Shown here piece by piece: positions 25,082 to 37,206 of a stretch of DNA of 64,000 nt. Numbering within the stretch: the stretch's first letter is position 1; every line of letters begins with the position of its first letter. The stretch is from Octopus vulgaris. Its lineage: Eukaryota. The notes under the pieces were generated by a model. It was not told the DNA's origin. It was given only the letters and a program-made list of their open reading frames with translations, and made no database searches. Where the stretch lies: assembly GCA_951406725.2 (NCBI GenBank), contig OX597821.1, positions 111,290,001 to 111,354,000 on the forward strand. Reading direction: 5' to 3'. The position numbers and the translations under genes were made by a program.

Positions 25082-26076
25082 GTCAGTTGTTGTTTTGTTA
25101 ACGGTGTCAAACATTGGGGTATGGCCATGCTGGGCCACGCTTCCCTTGTACTTGCATCTTGAAGTCTTGTACTTAACTATCAATCTCTATTTTGCATCCA
25201 CACCAGCATGGAGAATAGACGTTAAAGGAAGATGATGAGTATGCTAAATTCTAGGGATGCATGCATGTGTGTGTGTTGAGCAAAAGAACCTATGCTCTTC
25301 GACAGAAAGGAACACAGAAATAAACTGGGGGGGGGGGGAGAGAAAAAATATATATCATCATCGTTTAACGTCCGTTTTCCATGCTAGCATGGGTTGGATG
25401 GTTCGACCGGGATCTGGGAAGCCAGGAGGCTGCACCAGGCTCCAGTCTAATCTGGCAGTGTTTCTACAGCTGGATGCCCTACACACGCGAAATTCTGAGG
25501 CTATAGTAGAAAGGACTCGCCAAAGACGCCACTTAGTGGCACTGGAACCAGAAAAATCTAGATTCTAAATAAATTGAATTACACAAACACGTCCTCTACT
25601 TAATTTGCAAGATCAAAAGAATTGGATGGTGAAGGAAAAAAAAAAATTATTGTGCAAGAGTTGTTTCCCCTGATTAAACCGTTCGTCATCGTCTCCGTTT
25701 TCTCCCTCCATTTCCCCATCATCTTCGTCCTCTTTGCTCTCCTTCTCTAAAATGTAGTTTAGTTTTCGTTTGTTCTCCTTTCTGTGAATTCACTCAAAAC
25801 GGCTGAAAGGAAATCGTTTAAGATAATAAATATTATTACCCAGGGTTACGTTTCCCTCCTCCATGTCTTTTCCTGTTCAGTGTTCTGCAGAACTTTTGTT
25901 TTTAATGGTGTAATAGTTTTCTAAGAATCTATTATTAAATTCTAGGGTTAAGTTTTTATTTCTCACAGTCATACTGTTGATATAAAGTTGCAAATGCTAA
26001 CATTATCGTTTGAGGCAAAGAGTATGTACCTTAACACACACATACACACACACACACACATACACACACACACACA

Positions 26077-26124
<48 letters not shown>

Positions 26125-28093
26125 TGTGTGTGTTTATGCATATATATGTGTGTGTGTGTGTGTGTTTATGCATATATATGTGTGTGTTTATGCATATATA
26201 TATGTGTGTATGCATATATTGTGTGTGTGTGTGTGTTTTTATGCATATATTGTGCATATGTGTGTGTGTTAGTGCATATGTGTGTTTATGCATATAATGT
26301 GTGTGTATATGCATATATTGTGTGTATATATGCATATATTGTGTTCATGCATATATTGTGTGCATATGTGTGTTTGTCTACGTGTACATTTAGGAATATG
26401 TGTGTGTGTGTGTGTATATGTAATGTGTGTGTGTGTTGAACTCCCTCCTAAAGCCAATTGCATAAGAATGACTGCTGCAAAGATGATGATACTAGAGGTG
26501 CTCCAGCATGGCCTCGGCCTCAGGGCTGAAATGTATGAAAGGAAATGTATATATATATTAGTGTGTATCATCATCGTTTAACGTCCATCTTCTCTGCATG
26601 CATAGGTGTGAATGCGTGTATATACATGTGTGTGTATACTCACACACACACACACACACACACACTCTGAATTTGATTTACTTAAAATGAAGTTAGCGAC
26701 CCTGTAGTATATGTCAAAGTTCCATAACTAATGTTTCTCTCGATAGAAAAGAGGCAACAAGGAAGTCGTTTATGATATTAAACCTCTGAACTCTAAAACG
26801 TAACATAAAGGTCTGATTATTTAACTAGGCTTAAAGATCAAAGAATCTGCACCAAAATTGGCACCATCATCAGACTGTTGCCTAGCAACATGTCTATTAT
26901 CTCTGATCTAATAACTTCATTCTAATAATGCTGGGCAGAATTTGTTTTGTGAATTTGTGTGAAAGAGGTTAAATATAAATGGCTTTTTTTTGTTTTTCTT
27001 TCTTCATCTGGGTGCTGTACAGCTTTGAAAATCAATTTATCCTGTCAAATGCCCTTAAATTCCTTCCTTTTTATCATAACTGTCCACCCCCTCCCCTTTC
27101 CATCAACACCCTTTGCTTTCGTCATTGCATGCTTCATCTTTTTCATAGTCTAATAATAATAATAATAATTATTATTATTATTATTTTTGCTTAAAACCAA
27201 TTTCTTGATTTTTTTTTTTTTTTTTTTTTTTGATAATTATAAAAATGTTGCTCCTCCTGACATTTTGTTGAAGTGTTAATATTTATCTCTCTCTCTCTCT
27301 CTCCCTCACCATATCTCTTTCTCGTCCTCTCCCTCCCTCTCCATATCTCTTCCCCTCCACTTCACTTCCTCATTTCTCATTTACTTAGACTCGCTCACTC
27401 AAACCGATTTTCCAAGTATATCCATCCGATTGTGGCCGATGCCAGCCTCGTCTGCTCTCTGTGCCGGTGGCACGTAAAAAGCACCATCCGATCGTGGCCG
27501 TTTGCCAGCCTCGTCTGGCACGTAAAAAGCACCCACTACACTCACGGAGTGGTTGGCGTTAGGAAGGGCATCCAGCTGTAGAAACACTGCCAGATCAGAC
27601 TGGGCCTGGTGCAGCCTTCTGGCTTCCCAGACCCCAGTTGAACCGTCCAACCCATGCTAGCATGGAAAGCGGACGTTAAACGATGATGATGATGATGATC
27701 CTCTCAGCACCTCATCATCACTGCTGCTATTGTCTCAACGTCCATGTTTGTTTGCCATACTTGCATGGGTCAGATGGAATTAGCTGAGATAGCTTTTCTA
27801 CATCTGGATGACCCTGCCCCGTCAGTGAACCCTCACCTGCTTCCAAGCAATGTAACATTCCTCCCACCTCCCCATGCCCAGGCAGGTTCTCCGTGGAAGA
27901 TTAGAAACAAACAACTTTGCTTGTATGACAGTGATGCTCATTTACAACAACCAGTGGCAAAATAGGGCTGCATGCACACACATACCACACACACATCACA
28001 CACAAACACCACACCACACACATCACACACACACACACAGCACACAAACATCACACCACAATCACCACACCACACCACACCACAAACACACTA

Positions 28094-28242
28094 CAGTCCT
28101 GGTTTAGGACAAATGTTACTGTTATTTAGCCCCAGGAGACATTGTTTCCAGCTGGCTATAAGACACAGATCGTGTCATATAGCCAACTGGAGACAATGTC
28201 TCCTGGGACTAAATAACTAACATTTGTCCTAAACCTGGACTG
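28094..28242. repeat. 149-bp near-perfect foldback hairpin (MITE-like)
   Basis: cagtcc.ggtttaggacaaatgtta..ttatttag.cccaggagacattgt.tccag.tggctata.gacac mirrored on the right arm. Confidence 0.9.
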
Positions 28243-28324
28243 CCGTGTTATGTTGGCAAACAATCTTTACTCTGTATCCTCTCATATTTACCATTTTAAA
28301 CATCTCGATCATTCTTCATTCTAG

Positions 28325-28535
28325 GAGTACCAATGTGACTGACCAGATATTCTCCATCATCAAAGACATGGCTGCTTCCACACATGGAAGTAAATCCCTG
28401 AAGGTTGCTGATGTGATGGAATTGTGTATGGCAAAGGGCCACAAGCCTGACACCGTTGATGCTTGCATTGAAGAATATGAAGAACTCAATGTCTGGCACA
28501 TTAATGCAGCTCGCAACAGAATCACATTTGTTTAA
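28325..28535 (+). CDS. MCM7: MCM7 terminal coding exon (winged helix)
   Basis: ttctag|G AGT...GTT TAA; ends EEYEELNVWHINAARNRITFV*, the typical MCM7 C-terminus. Confidence 0.97.
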
Positions 28536-29040
28536 ATTTTTTTTCTTTTTCTTCACTCTTGTTTTACTTTTTGATTTTTTTTTTGTATAAAAATATTATA
28601 TATTCAGAATTTTTGGCAGTTTTGTCTTCATTACACACATCATCATCATCATTGTAATCATTTAATGTCCACTTTTCATGCTTCCATGGATTGGACAGAA
28701 TTCATTGAAGCGGATTTTCTAAGGCTGGATGTCCGCCCCCTTGCGAACACTCACCTGTTTCCAAATAAGGTAATATTTATCCATGGACAGACATGCTTTT
28801 CAGGGAAGACTGGAAACGAACAACATCGCTTGTATGGTGATAATGTCGATAGTCATTTATGACAATCACATGTCTGGGGCTGTGTGGTAAGAAGCTTGCT
28901 TCCCAACCACAGGATTCTGGGTTCAGTCCTGCAACATGACAGCTTGAGCAAGTATCTTCTGCTATAACCCCAGGCTGACTAAAGCCTTGTAAGTGAATTT
29001 GGTAAATGAAAATTAAGCCTCTTGTATGTATGTCCATATT

Positions 29041-29896
29041 TATTGGGTCATCCCATAAATGATGGAGTTCTTTTATACTTCCTTTATTTTTCAAAATTAA
29101 GATAAATAAAGTTCTTTTTTAATCTAAAATATACTCTCCTTCATTTTCTATAATGCTCTTTCATCTCTTTGGTAGACTTGCAAGGCCCCTCTTCCAAAAT
29201 GTACTTGTCCGTGATGAAAAATATTCATCTAGTACTTGTTCTGACTTCATCTACAAAATTCATATTTTTTCCATCCAAATGATTTTGGAGATTGTAGAAT
29301 AAATGATAATCAGACGGGGCAATGCCCTGCAAATATGGTGTGTGGGGCATCGTTTCCCATTGAAACTGCTCCAGCCTTTGGAATGTCATTCTCGCTGTAT
29401 GTGGCTGAGCATTATTTTGATGGAAGAATACCTTTCGTCTTGAAACCAAAGATGGTCGTTTTTCTTCTAGTGCTGGCTTGAATGACTAAATCCAAGCTTC
29501 TCTGCTAGTTTCTCAACAATTATGATGGGATTTTGTTCCACCAGGGTTTGCAGGATGTCTTCATTGAGCTCTACAGATCTTCCAGGACGAGGCTCATCTT
29601 CTAGACTGTAGTTACCATCTCAGAATTTCTGGAACCACCATTGACACTGGCTTACACTTATTACTACATTAATATTCCTCACACCTTCCATTACATTATT
29701 ACCTTTATTGAACTCATTAAAAGAAAATATGCCAGATATGCTCCTTTGTCACTTCCGTTATAGCTTTGAAAAAATAACTTTTAAAATCGAACTGCACTCT
29801 TCAAAACTTGCACTAAGAATAAGGACAAGGCAAGTCCCCTTCCAACTTTTTGTTCATGTAACAAAAAAACTGCATTATTTATGGGATGACCCAATA
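29041..29896 (-). mobile_element. Internally deleted mariner (DD34D-type) DNA transposon
   Basis: TA-flanked TIRs tattgggtcatcccataaat / atttatgggatgacccaata; relic FHQNNAQPHTA...WETMPHTPYLQGIAPSDYHLF and HTH-region WFQKF*DGNYSLEDEPRPGR. Confidence 0.92.
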
Positions 29897-31862
29897 CATG
29901 TGTGGTGTATCTCTCACCACAGCTTGACAACTGGTCTTTTGTAGAAGACCCTTGTCCCAGGTACTATATGGTGGGATTGAACACACAACCTCTTTGTTGG
30001 AAAGCAAATGTCTCAACTCACACAGTCACTTTTTTCCTTTTTAAATTTCATATCACATTTTGTGAACTGTCTGCATTGTGAAATTTGTGGATCCATTCTG
30101 GTTCTTTACATTCTGAGGTCAGCTTTGTCTTTCATTCTTTTCAGGTTGATAAAATAAAGTACCAGTTGCGTACTGGGGTTGGTATAATCAGTTAGGCCCC
30201 TCCCCTCCAAATTTCGGTCTTTGTGGTGCCTATAACAGATAGGATTGTTATTAAAGCTGTGAGCTAACTCTCGTTCAATGCACACCCCTGCTTGAATTCG
30301 CCATGCCTCCTCATGAAGATTTCTGGTGATGAATGGCCTTCAGTAATGGAATAAATTCATAAAACAAGGCTCCACTTTTTACATCAACCTTGTCTTTTTC
30401 TAATAATTTCTCATAAACCAGCATCTTCGTTTTTAAGTACATGTAGCAATAAACATGGCTTGTGAAGACCTGTTGAGGCAAGTGAAATCTAAATCGCTGA
30501 CGTGGTCAATGATAGTACCTATTTCTTTACTACCCACAAGGGGCTAAACACAGAGGGGACAAAGACAGACAAACAGATTAAGTCGATTATATCGACCCCA
30601 GTGCGTAACTGGTACTTAATTTATCGACCCCGAAAGGATGAAAGGCGAAGTCGACCTCGGCGGAATTTGAACTCAAAACGTCGCGGCAGACGAAATACAG
30701 CTGCGCATTTCGCCCGGCGTGCTAACGTTTCACCTGAGTGGCACTCGTGCCAGTGGAACGTTAAAAGCACCAAGTGTGGTCATTGCCAGGGTTGCTAACT
30801 GGTTCCCGTGCTGGTGGCACATAAAAAGCACCATTCGAGCGTGATCGTTGCCAGCGTCACCTCACTGGCACATGTGCCGGTGGTGCGTGAAAAACAACAT
30901 TCGAGCGTGGTCGTTGCCAGAGCCACCAGACTGGCTCTCGTGCAGGTGGCACCTTTTGAGTATGGTCATTGCCAGTACTGCCTGACTAGCCCTCATACTG
31001 GTGGCACATAAAAGCACCCTCTACACTCAGTGGTTGGCGTTAGGAAGGGCATCTAGCTGTAGAAATTTTGTCAGATCAGATTGGAGCCTGGTGCAGCCTT
31101 CTGGCTTGCCAAACCTGTCAAACCGTCCAACCCATACCAGCATGGAAAGCAGAGGTTAAACGATGATGATGATGTTTAATGTCCGTTTTCCATGCTGGCA
31201 TGGGTTGGATGGTTTGGCCGAAGCTGTTGAAGCCAGGGGCTACACTAGGCTCCGTTGTCTGTTCTGTCAAGGCTTCTACAGCTGGATGCTCTCCCTGACA
31301 CCAACCACTCCAAAGTGTTTGTGTGTGTATGTTATATTGTGGAGGCCTGGTTCTCAACCACTTGGTTGTGGGTGGCAACTTTGACAAGTGTTTCTGACGC
31401 TCCTTGCCTGAGCAAAGCCTTGTGAGTGGATTTGGTAGATGGAAACTGAAAGAAGCCCATTGTGTGTGTGTATTGAACCGAATGAAACTGTAGCCATATG
31501 TGATGCCAGTGCCGCCTGACTGGCACCTTTGCTAGTGGCACGTAGAAAGCACTATTCGAGCATGACTGATGCAAGTGCTGCCTGACTGGCTCCTTGGCCA
31601 GTCTTGAAGTGGTTGATGTTAGGAAGGGCATCCAGCTGTAGAAGAAACCTTGCCAAATCAGATTGGAGCCTGGCGCAGCCTCTCACGCCGGGCGAAATGC
31701 GTAGCGGTATTTTGTTCTGAGTTCAAATTCTGCCGAGGTCGACTTTGCCTTTAATCCTTTCAGGGTCAATGAAAAAGTACCAGTTACGCACTGGGGTCAA
31801 TGTAATTGACTTAATCGCCGTGTCCTTGTTTGTCTCCTCTATTTTTAGCCCCTTGTGGGTAC

Positions 31863-31901
<39 letters not shown>

Positions 31902-32121
31902 TGTCTTCTCGCCTCAACTTCGTGTGATAGTTGTAAATGAATGTTACTGTTATGCTGGCAGTGTGCTTTTCGTGTAAACATGTCTGGTGGTAGGGAATAT
32001 TTATGTTGCTTGGAAATCGGTGAAGGTTGGCAGCAGGAAAGGCATCTGACCATTGAAATCCTGCCTCAACAAATTCTATCCAACTCATGCAAACACAGAA
32101 AAGTGGACGTTAAATGATGTT

Positions 32122-32155
<34 letters not shown>

Positions 32156-33840
32156 CCTCTCTTACACACACACTATACATATCCGGCGACGCTTGGACAG
32201 TAACCTGGAGGCCACGTCTTCTTTTATTCTAAAGAAACAATGAAACGTCTGGGGACTTTTATAAGTAAGGCTGTGTGGTTAAGAGGTTCGTTTCCCAGCC
32301 GCATGGTTCCAGGTTCAGTCCCGCTGTGTGGCACTTTGGACAAATGTCTTTTACTCTTGCTTCTGGTCAACCAAAGTCTTGTGGATGCCACATAGGTTGA
32401 AAGAAATTTGCTGAGGCCAATTTTCTACCGTCGGATCCTTTAACTGTCACCAACCCTAACTTGTTGCCGAGCAATGGAATAATACTCTATGACGAGAGCT
32501 TTTTCACAGAAGACCGAAAACGAAGGACACCACTTGTATGTAGGTGACACTTATTTACAACTATCATGTGATGTCAAGAGAAGGAGGCAGTAACACACAT
32601 CTATGCGTGTTACTGAAAAAAAAATTTAATTTCCCTATTTTTAAATTGTTTCACTTTCTGCTTGAAAATAAAGGAATTATGGTGATTAACGATTTACTCT
32701 TTTACTTGGTTCAGTCATGTGACTGTGCCTATGCTGGAGCACCGCCTTTAGTGGAGCAAATCGACCCCAGGACTTATTCTTTGTAAGCCTAGTACTTATT
32801 CTATCGGATCCTTTTGCCGAACCGCTAAGTTACGAGTACTTAAGCACACCAGTCAAGCGATGTTGTGGGGGGACAGACACACACACACACACATATATAC
32901 ATATATACGACGGGCTTCTTTCAGTTTCCGTCTACCAAAGCCTTGTGAGTGGATTTGGTAGACGGAAACTGAAATCCACTCACAAGGCTTTGGTCGGCCC
33001 GAGGCTAGAGTAGAAGATACTTGCCCAAGGTGCCGCGCGGTGGGACTGAACCCGGAACCATGTGGTTCGCAAGCAAGCTACATACCACACAGCCACTCCT
33101 ACGCCTAATTTTCTTTTTTCATCGACAAGTCTTCTCCCATAGTTTTTATGTATGTAGTGCAAAAAAAGGTGGGTGGGTGGGTGTGGAATTCGGTTCTGAA
33201 GGGTGTGTGTGTGGTGGTGGGGGGGAGGTTCTTAAATTTTCAAAATACGTTCATAAAAGGCTTCTTCAAAGGGAGCAAGGTTGTGGTGAAAAAAAAAAAA
33301 GAATGAACCCCCTCCCCTACGTCAAACGGGAGAAAATACAACTAGCGCATATTTTAGGCATCAACACATGTGATATGGACCCAAGTTTTGCATGTAGGAT
33401 CCGGGGTGAAATGTTTAAGACGTTTACTTATATAACGTCAAATATTCGTGTTTCATCAAAACGTTTCACTGCGAAGTTTACCAGAGTTATCTTTCTTACA
33501 TCGTTTACGTCACTAAAAGGAAAAGATAACACAACTTGCAGGTTAATAAATTCGATTTACCAATTCTAAATATTACATTAACAGAATGAAATAAAAAAAA
33601 AAGAGATAATGATAAATGGAATTTACAAAGCATTATCTTGGTTTATTGAGAGAGAAATATATTTATTTTGTGTATAAACTCTGATTTGAAAATATTTAGA
33701 GAAATTACATGTAGAATTTTTTTTTTTGTAAGTTTTATTATAATTGTTAGAGTCGATTTTTTTTTACTTCATCTCTTGACGTTCTGAGATCAAATACTGT
33801 CGAAGTGAGGTTTGATGTTTATCCTTTTGGGGTCGATTAA

Positions 33841-34200
33841 GGCGCGTGGCCTAGTGCTTAGGGCGTTGCACTTACGATCGGCAGATCGTGTGTTCGATTC
33901 CTGGACTGGGTGGTGTATTGTGTTCTTGAGAAAAACACTTCAGATCACAATTGCTCCTGTACCGAGTGGGGATCGGGATTTCTTCGGCCTGTCGTTAAAA
34001 AAAAAAAAAAGAAGGACGACAGAAAGTGTTTGAGGTAGGATTTGCACTCCAGCCTTGAAAAAAAAAACCTTTGCCAGCAATGACTCCCCAAACAGACCCA
34101 TGGGTTGGAGAGTTGTCGCCTGAGTGGCGCTAAGGTGTCATCCGCCAGGGAGTCCCCAACAAATGGTGGATGCAGTGACGCGTAGTTACAGCGCATGCTA
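33841..34200 (+). mobile_element. tRNA-derived SINE; related minus-strand copies at ~9015-9475 and ~24323-24515
   Basis: ggcgcgtggcctagtg..gttcgattcc head; body gactccccaaacagacccatggg..aggtgtcatcc shared with the other copies in reverse complement. Confidence 0.65.
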
Positions 34201-34225
34201 CCACCATACCTTACTACTACTGCTG

Positions 34226-34275
<50 letters not shown>

Positions 34276-34545
34276 GTTACTACTAGTAGTAGTAGGGGTC
34301 AATGTAATCGACTGCTCCTCTTCCTCCTTCCCCTAAATTTTGTGATTTGGGCATTTAGGTCATGTTTATTGTCTGCATTCAAATTCCACCGAGGTCAGCT
34401 TAGCCTTTTATCCTTTCGGGGTCAATGAAATAAGTATCAGCCGGAAACTGGGGGTCAGTGTAGTCGATAATCCACCTACCCCAAAATTTCAGGCCTTGTG
34501 CCTATAGCAGAAAGGATTATTATTATTATTATTATTATTATTATC

Positions 34546-34863
34546 ATCATTCTATGTTTGACTTTTGCTTTACATTTGTACAAGTTGGCTCCAAGTCTCA
34601 CCCAGAGACCTCAAGAGACAACAAGTTGGAAGTTCATGTTGGTGTTATGCATAGTGTGCCATATATTTGGTTTTGTACTTAGTGTTGTACTAGTGAATCT
34701 CTAAAAAAAAACCATACGAAAATTATGTTTGTTTTAAAACTTGAGATTATATAGAGAGTATTTTGCGTAGGATATGAGCAGTTCCCATGAGCACTATCTT
34801 CTGAATTTCTGCCATTTTGGGGTTTCCTGGTATCTGAGTTAGGTAGCAATCAGCCCCTTTTGC
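34546..34863 (-). mobile_element. 3' end of a second R4/Dong-like LINE inserted in (AAT)n
   Basis: KGADCYLTQIPGNPKMAEIQKIVLMGTAHILRKILSI*; (ATT)n on both sides. Confidence 0.75.
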
Positions 34864-35431
34864 TATTATTATTATTATTATTATTATTAAGGCGGCGATC
34901 TGCCAGAATCGTTAACATGGCGGACGAAAATGCTTAACACCATTTTATCCGTCTTTACATTTCTGAGTTCAAATTCTACTGAGTTCATCTTTGTCTTCCA
35001 TCCTTTCGGGGCAGAAGTCGAGAAAATAAAGTACCAGTCGAGTTCTAGGGCCGATGTCCACCCCAAATTACTGTCCTTATATCAATTTTAGAAACATTTA
35101 ATCCAACATTTCGCTATGAAAGTAAACCACAACGTTTTGTCAATAAACGTAAAGTGTGCAAGGGAGATAACTTAAATATTTCTCCCCTTTTGGGATTTGT
35201 TCGTCGTCAAGAGACTCGGCAGATTTATTTATTTAGATTATTTATTTATTTATTTATGCTTATATCAAGTCTAGTACTTATTCTATCGATTATTTAACCA
35301 AACCGCACACTTACGGGGGCCATAAACAAAACAACACCGGTTGACATGCGGTGGAGAGGGGAACAAACGCGTACATACACATACCCTTACACATATACCC
35401 CCTCCATACATACACACACACATATAAATAA

Positions 35432-35510
<79 letters not shown>

Positions 35511-35718
35511 GTGCGTGTGTGTCTGTCTGCCTCCCCCAACATCGCTTGACAACAGATGCTGATGTGTTTACGTTCCCGTAATTTAGCGGTTCGGCAAAAG
35601 ATACCGATAGAATAAGTACTAGGCTTACAAAGAATTCGTCCTGGGGTCGATTAGTTTGCCTAAAGGCGGTACTAAAGCATTGCTACAGTCAAATGACTGA
35701 AACAAGTAAAAGAATATA

Positions 35719-35780
<62 letters not shown>

Positions 35781-35812
35781 TAATATAAATACATCTACAT
35801 GTATATGTATGT

Positions 35813-36066
35813 ATCATCATCATCATTGTTCGATCGTGGTCGAGACAATGGAATTTACCATGCTACGCCAGACTTCACGGTCCATCATGGCATTACGGAG
35901 GTCCTGTTGCTGGATGCCTGTATCCCTGGAGATTACATCAGGGTAGGAGAGTGTGCGCCCTCTGGTATTGCGAGTAGATGGCTTCCAGAGGAGAAGAGTA
36001 GAAATTAACTCTTTTTCAGCTCTGCAACAATGTCCAGCAAACTGGACTCTCCTACCTTTCACAAGG
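35813..36066 (-). mobile_element. 3' end of RTE-clade LINE
   Basis: RRVQFAGHCCRAEKELISTLLLWKP..RGRTLSYPDVISRD..AMMDREVWR followed by a (TGA)n tail. Confidence 0.8.
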
Positions 36067-36249
36067 TACACACACTCACACACCTGTACGAAGGGCTTCC
36101 ACGCAGTTTTGCGTCTACTAAACTTATTCTCAAGATATTAGTCGAGTTGGTGCTTTATTAGAAGGCACTGGCCCAAAGTGCCGTGCCGTGGGACTGAACC
36201 CGAAACCACATAGCTGCAAACCCAGCTTCCTAACCACACAGCCATGCCT

Positions 36250-36297
<48 letters not shown>

Positions 36298-36302
36298 TTA
36301 CA

Positions 36303-36725
36303 CAGGCGTCGCTGTATGGTAAGAAGTTTGCTTACCAACCACATGGTTCCAGGTTCAGTCCCACTGCCTGGCACCTTGGGCAAGTTTCTTCTACTATAGC
36401 CTCGGGCCTACCAAAGCCTTCCGAGTGGATTTGGTAGACGGAAACTGAAAGAAGCACGTCGTATACACACACACACGTGTGTGTGTGTTTATGTATGTAT
36501 GTATGTATGTATGTATGTATGTATGTACCTGTGTTTGTCCCTCCCGCAATCGCTTGGCAACCGATGTCGGTGTGTTTACGTCCCCGTAATTTCGCGGTTC
36601 GGCAAAAGAGAACGACAGAATAATTAGTAGACTTATAAAGAATAAGTCCTGTGGTCGATTTGTTCAACTAAAGGCAGTGCTCCAGCATGGCTGCAGCCAA
36701 ATGACTGAATCAAAAGAATAAAAGA
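36303..36725 (+). mobile_element. tRNA/CORE-like SINE with internal microsatellite (example; others at 7066-7410, 32695-33105, 42587-43000, 46420-46848, 58290-58718)
   Basis: gctgtgtggtaagaagcttgc..gggttcagtccc..gtggcaccttgggcaagtgtctt..(TA/TG)n..ggcggtgctccagcatggccgcagtc..gactgaaacaagtaaaaga. Confidence 0.85.
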
Positions 36726-37206
36726 AAATACATATGTATATATATATATACGATAGGCTTCTTTCAGTTTCCATCTACCAAAAACAATCCACTTACAGGG
36801 CTTTGGTCGGCCCGAGGCACTTGCCCAAGGTGCCACGCGGAGAGATTGAACCCAGATCAAAGTGGTTGTAAAGCAAGCTTCTTACCACATAACCATATTT
36901 GTTATTTTTACTTGTGTGTGGTTGTTATCGTGGTGGGGCAGATAGAAGAACAGGAACGAATTCCACGGCTGGGACACAAATCGTTTTTTCGAGAACTTTC
37001 TCTGAATAGATATGAATTTTAAGAAAATGTGCAGCCAAAAAATGTGCAGCTTCTACGAATTTATTTTGAGTAGTTTTTTTGCGAAAATGAAAGCAAATCT
37101 ATTTATTTTCTAGAGCTAACAACAAGTAAATAAACCTGACAAGTTGTGTCAGATACGATAAGATTGTTTTTTTATGGCGCTCTTGGGACGGCAGATAAGT
37201 AATTTG

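Noticed and set aside
25988-26581. His/Thr- and Cys/Val-rich ORFs (also 47509-48044, 51677-52121, 53218-54831)
   Set aside because: Microsatellite translations with no splice or codon support
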